64,000 nt of DNA from Marsupella aquatica. Its lineage: Eukaryota; Plantae; Marchantiophyta. The stretch lies in NCBI GenBank assembly GCA_973895155.1, contig OZ316896.1, forward strand, positions 21,699,150-21,763,149, in the 5' to 3' direction. Shown in pieces: positions 25,801-35,745 of the stretch. The position numbers and the translations under genes are program-made. Numbering within the stretch: position 1 is the stretch's first letter; each line of letters starts with the position of its first letter. The notes under the pieces are model-generated. The model searched no databases, was not told where the DNA came from, and was given only the letters and a program-made list of their open reading frames with translations.

Positions 25801-26591
25801 GGCACCGGACTCGAAAGGAACTGTGATGATGCCAAGCCCGACCTTGGTCCGATTATCATCAACATACAATTCCACTTCCTCCGCCATCCAGTTCGAACGC
25901 AAACTATAATCTTTGAAATTATAATTTCCAAAAACATCCCGTGCGGACGGCTCATCTAGTAAATCATGTGAAGAACATTCCTTAAATTCCAGATTACAAA
26001 ACTGTCCAATCCTTCCTGAACGGTAACGGCTCCAGCGTGCGGAAAGGGTAACCTCTCCATTCCTTGAACAACTTCACATATCTTCACACTAATCCTATCA
26101 GGGCCAAGTCTTTCATTGTGACAAGTCTCATCGGGATTCGTCTTGAATACAAATCCTCGACACACAATCTGATTTCCAATCGAGAGCTCCACTTCATCGC
26201 CATCTGTAATTGAGTCTCCCAAACTTCCCACCACAGATTTGTCAGGTAAGCAATTGGGAAATGAATCATTTGTAGAACATGTAGCATCCACTTGTGTCAT
26301 CGCTGGAGTTGATTGTGACCTCAAATATGCGAAAGAGGCATCCCAAATAATGCAGGAGTCTACAACATCAAAAAGTGTTCTGATCGGTGGCAACGGGAAT
26401 GGAATTTCTCGAGATCCATAATAGCACCTCTCAATAAGAACTCCTATACGATTAATACCCAAATCAACGTTACGCACTGAGTCACCGGGGTCAACCTTAA
26501 GGACTGTTCTAGAGGCAACTTCAACTCCGTCAAGTAAGAGGGAAACCTCGTCTCCTCGAAAGAATATCCCCATTTGGAAAAGATGTTCCAA
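22872..26591 (-). pseudogene. Sola/DUF7869-like DDD transposase (~1240 codons) with three N-terminal Tnp1/En/Spm-like domains; two frameshifts; start not resolved
   Basis: Core motifs IIHDKMDQAK, LTLQMDNSWKDNKNQYV and FLMVGHTHEDVDALFS. Cys-rich CCKLKCC / VCKGAF..HG / FAKCILC. Three track ORFs join through frameshifts near 25970 (NVLH to HDLLDEPSARDV) and near 24697 (ENYL to IIHDK). Confidence 0.85.
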
Positions 26592-26667
26592 ACAGGAAGC
26601 TGTTGTACCTCGAGATGATCTCGAGGTAAAGTGACTAGCAAAAACAAACCAACAGAACTAGCAGTAA

Positions 26668-26903
26668 CAGATTAAGAAGTCTTTAGCTCGAGACAATCTC
26701 GAGGTAAAGAATGGACCACAAAAACCATGAGATATAGATTAACAAAGTCTTCAGCTCGAGATGATCTCGAGGTAAAGAATGGACCACAAAAACCACGAGA
26801 TATAGATTAACAAAGTCTTCAGCTCGACACGATCTCGAGGTAAAGAATGGACCACAAAAACCACGAGATATAGATTAACAAAAGTTTTCAGCTCGAGACA
26901 ATC
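26668..26903. repeat. 68-bp tandem repeat (~3.5 units), each unit containing the element palindrome
   Basis: CTCGAGA-type starts at 26687, 26755, 26823 and 26892 within GAGGTAAAGAATGGACCACAAAAACCA.GAGATATAGATTAACAAAGTCTTCAG units. Confidence 0.9.
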
Positions 26904-27349
26904 CACATGAAGAGGGAATTCAATACTTCCCACGATCAATAATCCACCCTAGAAGAAGAACTATGAAGTGCATAGAAACAACAGCTCATAATAACTCCTC
27001 AGAGAAGCATGAACTCACGCAAGAGAAGGAAAGATACTTAAATACTTGTGGATTTAAAGGAGCTAGAAACAAAAATAGACAATTCCCAGGAAGATACCTA
27101 AAGCTCGAGACGATCTCGAGCCACAAATGACACTCTAATTGAAAAATATGTTGGAATGAATGAGGAGCTCTAGATGATCTAGAGGTAAAAGTTTGACATT
27201 GAAATACATAAAGTAGGCTTACAGAAGACTAATGAGAAATGAGAAATAGCTTCAAAAAAAAAAAAAAAGGTTCACAAATGGATTCTGAGTGGCAATGTTT
27301 TAAGCATAAATGGTTTGGTATTCTAAAAGGTATGGGTTCAATTATTTTA

Positions 27350-28052
27350 GACCAACTTCATGGCTTCAAATGAGAATGTCTCCAAAACCAAATAAACAAC
27401 TGAGAGAGAAAGGGATTCGAGAATAAATCTAGAGCCAGAGAACAGGGAGCGAGAGGTAGGGGCAGGAAGAGGGATAAGAGAGAGAATGAGGGGAGCAGGA
27501 AGCGAGCAATGAAACGATATCTGAAGAATGACCCGGTGGGGAGGAAAAACGAGCAATATATAAAATCCTACCTGACCAGACGGCTCTGTCAAACCAATGG
27601 CAGGGATGAACTAGCGGCAGGGTGAAGTACGGACCGCAATAATGACGGTACGTGTGACAGCACCGTCATCATGACTCAACTCAAGATTCACTCCCACGCA
27701 TGGGCGCGTGGCATCCTGCACGTGGCCGGGCATCAGTCGCCGGGCACCCCAGCCTGACTTAGGGCCGACTGAGCGGCTTATAGTCCACATTCGTAATGTC
27801 GCCACCCTCATTTGCACATTCGCCTCCCTGCCTACCTCCCCTCCGCGCCTCACTCGCCTCTTGCTTACTGCCTCTAGATATTTCGTCGCTTTTGCCTCTA
27901 GATCATTATTTTTCCCTCGAGACTTGTTTAGGGTCAAGATCCCCTTTGAGCCTCGAGATATTTTATAGCCGTTTGGATCGGGATTTTCCTGTGAGCCTTG
28001 AGACAATATTTTTCTTATATCACCCAGATCTAGTATCCAGTATCCAGTAGCC
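27350..28052. promoter_or_regulatory. Putative bidirectional promoter region between the transposase (leftward) and cargo (rightward) genes
   Basis: GC-richer non-coding core at 27600-27860. TATA-like ATATATAAAAT near 27557. Purine/pyrimidine skew flips across the region. Divergent ORFs lie on either side. Confidence 0.4.
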
Positions 28053-31000
28053 ATGTCGATCGTTGTAGATTTCTCCAAGGACGACTTCGCCGAGTACGAC
28101 ACATCAACTGTAGCGATGGAGCTTCAGACCCTTCTAGATTCATCGCAGAACATCCACCGCACTATCAAACGTAATATATTATCTTTTCTCATTGTTAGAT
28201 GGAGGTTTGGCTCGAGATCATCTCAAGCTTCAAATCATACTTGGTTTTTGATCCACTTGAGGGTCGAGATCATCTCAAGCCGATTGATATTTTCTACATT
28301 ACTTTGCTTCAAGAGGTGGCTTCGAAGTGAACAAGTTTATCGTTTGTAACTGAGATTAGGCTCGAGATCGTCTCGAGCCTAATATCCATAAAGTTAAGAG
28401 GTTTCTGTCATTTTCATATTGATGTATCTGTCAGATTGTTGTATTTGTCATGCTGTATCTGTCAAATACTAACAGCATATCCAAAAGGGATTATGGAAAA
28501 GGCAGATTTAGATTCCTATTGAATATGTTGTTCGTATTTGACGGATGTTTTATTATTTCCGATGGAAAACAATATCCTTCAGAAACCAACATCATATCGA
28601 AAGTCGTCCAAGCTTGCTTCTGAAAACGACTTCTGTACTCTCCAACTTGTTCTGATCATGGAAATCATCCTGAGTTAGAGAGTTTTTGAAGCCTTTTCTA
28701 GAGGTAAAATTGGACAACTTTTGAGTATGTTGTTCGTATTTGATCGATCATATTTGAGAATCAATGTCTTCAGTGAAGAAACATGATAATGCAAAGATTT
28801 AGTTAACGGTGAACGAATGCCAACTATGAGTCTCTGTATTCTAACTTTTAGAGACTTGGGTCGAGATCATCTCGACCCAAGTATTAAAATATCCAATTCA
28901 TCAACAATATACTAACTTTTTGCCTTGTCAGATTTTTTGCGTATGGAAGACCACGTCTGTCGAAAACCAACATCCTATCAAAAGTCGACCAAGCTTGCTT
29001 CTGTCAACGACTTTTGTACTCTCCAACTCGTTCTGATCATGGAAATCATCCCGAGTTAGAGAGTTTTTGAAGCCGGTGTTAGACGTAAGCTTGGTCAACC
29101 TTTGAGTATGATGTTCGTATTCGATGGAGATTCTCATAATTGAGAATCGATGTTTTCCTATGACGAAATATGATAATGCAGAGATTTAGATAACGTTGAC
29201 TGTTTAGCCATGATTGACTCTTCCTGTATTCTATTTCTAAAGTATTGTTCATGAATTTAGGGTCGAGATCATCTCGAGCTTCCATTGTATTCCATGGCTA
29301 CTTGCCATCTGTAGATTGCAAAATACCCTCCAACTCGTTTCCATTGATGATTGGGGTTCGAAAAGGTGATTGGTAGTTGGGTTTATGATATTTTAGAATC
29401 AATTCCTCCCCCCAAATACATCTAGCCATGAAACAACAGTTTTGTACTTATTTGAGTTCAACTATGTTAATGGGTGAGGGAAGCTCGAGATCGTCTCGAG
29501 CCTCTTACCGGATTTCTCATTTCTGTGATTCTGACAATTGGTCTATTTTTCATTTTTTCCAGGTGCAAAATTGGGATCGCCCAATTTGATTGTTGAAGAT
29601 GAACATGCCCTTGAGGTTTTGTGCCCTGGACAAACTGATATAGGATTCTGTTGGGCCATTGAGCTAGCTGAAATTGAGGAGATGGAGGGGTCAGTTATTT
29701 GTTTGAAGACGCGGTCTCCATCTACCGAACCTCTAGTTTGCAGCTTACTTGGGCCTGTTGTTTCCATTGTCACAAGTAATGGTAAGGAGATGATCTTGAC
29801 GGTGGAGAACCATGAGACTGGGAAATGGGCTCTCATTAGGCTTCACTCCAAGAACTACTCGTGCGATCTTAATATTGAACGTGCTGCTAGGAAACAACTG
29901 AGCGTGATACCAATGGGATTCTTCCCTGATGGATTTACTGCCAGTAATTTGTTGGAAGAGTCCAAAATGACTGGGGCAGATATAATTTTTGGATTCTTGT
30001 ATTGCCGGAAATACGGTTTTGATCATGACAATGAATTCACGACTCCTTTCACTTGGAAGGTTTTGAGAATAATGTCAGATTCCAAGGTGGGAGAGTTTCA
30101 ATCCATTTCCCCTGATTTTGTTTTTGGAGCTGGTGAATTTGACGAGGAAGGGTGCAAGAAGTGGGTGTTGTCTCATCGGAGACAAACAGGTAAAGGGAAA
30201 TCAGGAGCTGCAGGAGATAAGATGTCAGGCTCGGACAAGAAGAAGGTAAAGGTGGCGCAAAAGAGGAAAAGGGTTGAGAAACCTGAAAGCGGTTCGAAGA
30301 AGGCTCCGCCTAAGAAAAAGTCTGCTCCTGTAAAGGTAGATCTCATTCCGGCATCTTCTTCGGGTGTGATTGCACATACCGATGATGATGGCACTCCAGG
30401 AGATGCTCCGGGTGAAAAGAGCGTTAAAGAAGGAGCCGAAGTTCTTAAGGAGATTGAGGAGTATTACACATTTGGCATGAATGAAACTTTTGACATTCCT
30501 GTCACTAGTATAAATTCACCCTCTGCAGTTTTGGTATATAGGATGTTCAATAAGGACCATGCCATGGAGATTGCAAAATCCATGGTTAGAAACCCTGGAA
30601 TGGTACCAGCTGTGGCGGATTTAATTCCGTATTCAAGAGAGAGTTCGCAGTTGCTCCATTATGATAATACTCCTGAGGATCGAAAGGAGTTCGAGTGGGG
30701 TGTTAAGAATAAGAAGGTGCAATTCCTTGCAATTAGTGGACAACACTCGGCCAAGGCAGTAGTTTGGATCATTGGTTGGTCTAAGAGCGATGCAAAGTTG
30801 AAGGAGGTCGCCAAGAGTCTTCAGCTTCGAAAGTCACGAATTCTTTCGGACAAAACTCCAAGAACAATACTTGCTCAACACTCACAAAGGGCAAATGCAG
30901 TTAACAAGACGATGGAGTATGAGTCCTATTTTCTTGATACTATGGTCCATGCCCGTCGACAGTTTGACGAGTGTGGCCGTCCCGAGAGACCCGTGATTGG

Positions 31001-33500
31001 GTCCAATAGACTAACGGATCATCAAAAGTTCCAGGTATATTCGAACTCAAATCCACTTCTAGCTTGAGATTGTCTCGAGCCTCGAGGTCAAGTTTTTGTA
31101 TTCAAGTCTTTTTCAATAAATTTCAACATAGTTTCTTCTACCTCTAGATCGTCTCGAGCCTCAGTTTTTCATTGTTATCTTTGGATCAGGATTTCATGGC
31201 TTTGGCCAAAATAACGACTGGAAAATCCGACCTGAGGAATATTTTTTGGTTGTTGTTTTTGGAAGAGAAACTGTTCCAGTCTTGGAGACTAATGTGCATC
31301 GATTGGGTCAAGGGGCTGATGGACTTGGTGAGTTAGGTTCAAAAACGAATGGGAAAAGCCGGACAACCAAAATGATTACACCGGCATTGTTTAGATGCTT
31401 TGAAGGGGACCTCAGTAGTGAGGACATTCTAAAGGTGTTCACCGCCGTTCATCATCAGAAGGTTCTATTGAAGAAAGACCCGACGAACAAATCTGATGTT
31501 CAATCAATGAGTGACATGGCCCATATGTTTAAAGTCATGACAAAGCTAAAGGCAAAAATTGTGGAGTACTATGTTTTAAAGTATCCCGAACATTTTTCCG
31601 ATTCACTTACTTGGTTTGAGCTAACTCAATTTTTGCCAACATTTTTAGATCACGGTGAATTGCCGAAACTGAGACAGCTCGCTAGTGAGGTTTGGCTGTC
31701 CAATCTCCTAAAGAGAAATAGGGCCAAAGAACCATTTCCGCAAAGTCTCATTGTGAGCTTGAGCAGATATACTACAAGACGTTTGGTGGGACTCCTGCTA
31801 TGGTGGATACTCCTTATCGCAGTTTTTTAAGCGATAATCTTATGAGGACGATGAAGCCGGAATCAGTTGGACCCTTTCATAATACGTGCGCACTTGCCGT
31901 TGTCGACTTTGGTCGTATTCGACAACGTCAATGGACAGATGCTGAGATTTTTGTCTTGTTGGAATATTGTCTGGAGATGTCTAACTCAACCGAGTTTTTG
32001 GAAATCATTTTTGTTCGTCAAGGCCCTTTAATAGGCCAGATTCAGAGTGCCTTCGAGAAGTTCCGTCGTGAGAAGAAAGTCCACACTAAGCTCGAGTACG
32101 GTAGTTACTACCGTGAAGATGTACCCAAGGAGGAAGGTGACTTTCTCATAGGAGCACGGGACACTATCATTTTTGGGGGAGTTTGTTGTGACGAAGAGCC
32201 TGACTGGTCCCAAATTTTCTTCGACGATTTTTATGCGTTCTGGAATTACAGTGCTAAGTACGACAAAGACTTCACCGTCTTACCGATGAGGTCTTCCGCT
32301 GGGAAACGCAAGGATCAACAAAGAGGGAAAGAGAAGCAGGATGAAGTTGGAGTTGATGTCGAAGTATTGGAGAAGATGGCCCCGTCTTATGAGATGGTCG
32401 GTAGGAGAGGGGGCTTTGTAAACCCCAGAGCTAAACCTATACGAATGACAAAGCGTCTTGTTGATTATTTCTCCAGCACTAGTCACACAGTGCTTGACTT
32501 CTTCTCCAAAGGGCAGACCCTCAAAGCTTGCGTCATTGTTGGTCGGGATTGTTTTGTTTATTCTGACACAGCTCAAGAGATGGAATTCATCGAAGCTTAT
32601 GCGCGGCTCCTCCATGACAACCGCCATGTTTTATATATTCCACCCCCAGAGTCGTTGCCATCTGAGGCCATTGAAGCCAGTCCCCTTACTGTTTTGGAAG
32701 AAGTGGCCTCGGATCCAGCTCCAGTTGAGGCGAGTGTTACCGAGGAAGTTTTTGCGGAGAATTTGGAGCATCGCAAAACAGAGGGCCCCAAAATCCCAAG
32801 CTACATGGAAGAGGAGGGTGAAATATTGCCCGAATTTAATGAGGTAAATGATGGTCGAGATGATCTCGAGCTTCCTGGTGTACCTTCTTCGGTGGACGCG
32901 TTTCATGTAGAGGATGCACAACATGAGCAGCAGTCTTCAAACTTGGATGTTGGTTGGGAAACCACCTTGCAGGACGCTGCCAGCCACCCAATTCCTAGCC
33001 CACCTTGACTCGATGAGATCCTTTCAACCAAGAAAGCTTGTTGCTCCCCTGCCACAACTCCCCCTCAGGACGAGGCAGGTGCATCGTCCTCTCCCTTGGA
33101 CCAAATGTTTTGCGCTTCAGAGGATAAGCTTGTTTTCACATATTCTTCTACTGGAAGCCCCGTAATTCTCCCTTTTGTTAGGAAACCTGGTGTTGAAATC
33201 GGTAGAACTGGCTACAAATCTCTCAAAGCTAATGCTACTCATTATGTGTGGATTCATGGTCCATCAAAAGGAGAACAAGTCAATGTAGATCAGGCTGAGA
33301 AGATTATGCGTTCCAGGGATTATAGGAAAAATAAGTTTAAATTAGTGCCAGTTTGGTCTGAGCCAGCTCTTGTTGAAACGCTTCCTGGAGGGATCAATTT
33401 GGACATCCAAAACCAATTAGGAGATAACCTTCTAGATGAATTTGGGTCTTTCAGCAAGTGACGTTGAAACCCAAGCTACCTTCAGTCCTCAAATTCAGCC
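28053..33500 (+). pseudogene. Transposon cargo gene: basic NLS-like segment + ParB/Srx(DGQHR)-like domain + degenerate beta-class N4/N6 DNA-methyltransferase-like domain; spliced, several lesions
   Basis: Probable ATG at 28053, large exon 29563-31034, GT..AG intron 31035-31189. ParB-like FDIPV...VYRMFNKDHAMEIAKSM...FLAISGQHSAKA (30483-30760). MTase-like NPRAKPIRMTKRLVDYFSSTSHTVLDFFSKGQTLKACVIVGRDCFVYS (32421-32565). Frameshifts near 31320 and 31750, in-frame TGA at 33006. Confidence 0.6.
28560..29280. repeat. Internal direct duplication of ~0.3-0.4 kb, each copy ending in the palindrome
   Basis: AAGTCG(T/A)CCAAGCTTGCTTCTG...GGAAATCATCC(T/C)GAGTTAGAGAGTTTTTGAAGCC at about 28600 and about 28982. 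Confidence 0.85.
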
Positions 33501-33726
33501 ATCTAAATTATTATGTCTACCTTCACAGAGATAGGCGGGCCATTACCAGTTGTGGATTGCGTCGACAATAGTCTCCGAAGCTTTCCACATTCTTTGACAT
33601 CTGCCCTTCAGCCAATTGCAGGTTTGTCGCGCACTGTTGTTCATTTACTTTTCATGCTCGAGATCATCTCTAGCCTACCTTTATTCTGTCTCACACAATT
33701 CTAATATAGGTGTCTCTTGTTTGCAG

Positions 33727-34783
33727 GACCCTTGCCTCCACTTCACGGTCCAATCAGACGGAAGCTATTGATTCTTGACCTCAACAAAATGTGTTGGGAT
33801 TCTGTTAGAACTCCGAGTCCTGGACCGCGCCGAAGTGCCACAAGTGTCAAGGCTGTTCATTGGGGGAGACGTGGAGGATTTAACTTTATGTATGTTGAGG
33901 GTCCCCATCTTCACGAGTTCTTAATCGCAGCTTTTGCTATATTTGATGTTGCCATCTGGACTTGTGCAAGAAAGCCTAGGGCAAATGAAATGATTCATTT
34001 GATCTTCACTCAAGAAGAGCAGGAGCAATTCAAGTTTATTCTGACGCAAGAAGATACATTTGACATTGGAATCCAGAGGCCTGACGTCACCGAAGGAAAG
34101 GCAAATATTCTTTTGAAGGATTTGAGGGTTGTTTGGAAACGTTATGGTTTATTATACGATGAGACTAATACACTCCTCCTTGATGACTCTCCAATGAAGG
34201 CGTTTGCAAATCCAGAGAATTGTGGATTGTTCCCTTCTTCATTTTCGCATCACTCCACGGATGATACTTTCTTTCCCGAAATACTGTGGCCTCTGCTGAG
34301 GAAATTGTATCATGCCTTCAATCTTCAACACTACCTATTTATCAATCAACCAAAGTGGTCTATGATCAATGTTTTATCGGATAGGGATCAACAGGTTGCC
34401 ATTTATGCTCTGTTGTCGGAGAGGTGGGGTAGTATGGTATGGGTTCCCAATGTTATCCATACAGTCTTGGATGTTACAGCGGACGAAATTCCCTGGGATA
34501 TCAAGAATGAAGTGCAACAATTGCCACCAATTGAGGAATTGACGGAGGAGGCGATCGAGGACCTTATAAGGATATTAATTGGGGATCAGTATACAGGACC
34601 CTATAGAGACAATCATCTGGCATTTGTTTAGGAAGTTCTGAGGACTAGAGACCTCACGACTAAGTTTTGGAATAGAAATCCTCTGGATTTCTGCAATCGC
34701 GATATGAAATATGACCCGTCAGGGTCTAGATTTAATTGCTCAAATGAATTTTGCGAGGAGGAGGATCATGAGATTTGGGTCTA
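33727..34783 (+). pseudogene. FCP1/SCP/NIF-like HAD phosphatase domain carried by the transposon (separate gene or last exon of the cargo gene)
   Basis: RKLLILDLN...PHLHEFL..AFAIFDVAIWTCA...LKDLRVVW...YDETNTLLLDDSPMKAFANPEN. Acceptor TTTGCAG ends at 33726. The TAG at 34629 looks premature because the frame stays open to about 34783. Confidence 0.8.
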
Positions 34784-35547
34784 GATGATCTCGACCCTAC
34801 ACCAAACACTGATTATTAGTTAGGGGTATATGTTTGCAGGAAAGCGTGAAGCTTACCGTAACATCCATTTGGGTCTAAATGTTCTCGACCCTCTACTGAA
34901 GAAATAGGGTTTTACTTATAGATATATACTCATAAAAAGGTTAGTCTATTCGGGGCTTAACCCTGTACAGAAAGAATAGTAAGTTAAAGATATACATTCA
35001 ACAACGGGTCAGAATTATGTGAACCCTCCATTTGGGTCGAGATGGTCACCATATAGATTTTTACAGATATGCATTCAACAACCGGTCAGAACCATCTGGA
35101 CCCTACATAGGGGTCAACGTGATCTCGACCCTGTAAAAATAGGTTTTATAATTTTATAATACATCACTTGTTTTCCTGGAGTTCCGTGTTCATGACCCTT
35201 GGTTAGAGTGTGTCATTTTTAATGTTATCATTTGAATTTATTGTATTGTCAAACTAATATTCTAATATTGTCTTATTCTGTATTTTTATCTGTTTATATT
35301 TATAATTAATAATATTTATAATTAATAATATTTATAATTAATAACTTAGTTATTTAATAATTTGAGCATTACAATTGTAAATTTAGACTTTAAAAAGTGT
35401 ACATTTGGCCACGAAAATGTATGATTTTGGGGACAAAGTTATAGAATTTTGGGGTGTAAAATAATAGATTTAAACGTCAACTTTTGGACTAGAGAAATTC
35501 CAGTTTTAATGAATAGGGTGATTCTCAGTTACGATAAGCCTACTTAG

Positions 35548-35745
35548 GGATGTGTGCACCTTAATATCTTAACTCATAACCTTATCAATTTCAAAGTTAT
35601 AATTGGGGTCAAACAGTACACCAACCCTTGCGGATGTGTGCACCAGAATGCCTTAACTTGTAACCTTATTAAGTTTAAAAGGTATAATTGGGTCAAAAAG
35701 TACACCAACCTTCCGGATGTGGGCACCAAGATGCCTTAACTTGTG
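35548..35745. repeat. ~84-bp tandem repeat, ~2.4 units
   Basis: GGATGTG(T/G)GCACC...CTTAACT...GTACACCAACC recurs at about 35548, 35632 and 35715. Confidence 0.75.

Larger units (their letters stand above)
22145..35522. mobile_element. 13.4-kb cut-and-paste DNA transposon (Sola/DUF7869-like transposase) carrying cargo genes
   Basis: TIRs ATCAGTCTATTCATTAAAACTGGAA (22145-22169) and TTCCAGTTTTAATGAATAGGGTGAT (35498-35522) match at 23/25. Both ends are flanked by TCTC (22141-22144, 35523-35526), a 4-bp TSD. The transposase ORF is internal. Confidence 0.9.

Noticed and set aside
26668-26903. CRISPR-like appearance (regularly spaced palindromic repeats)
   Set aside because: The sequences between palindromes are near-identical rather than unique spacers, there are no cas genes, and the context is eukaryotic.
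31806-31817. DTPY as a bona fide MTase catalytic motif IV
   Set aside because: Its position relative to the predicted beta-strand (LAVVDFG) is ambiguous, so catalytic activity is not claimed.
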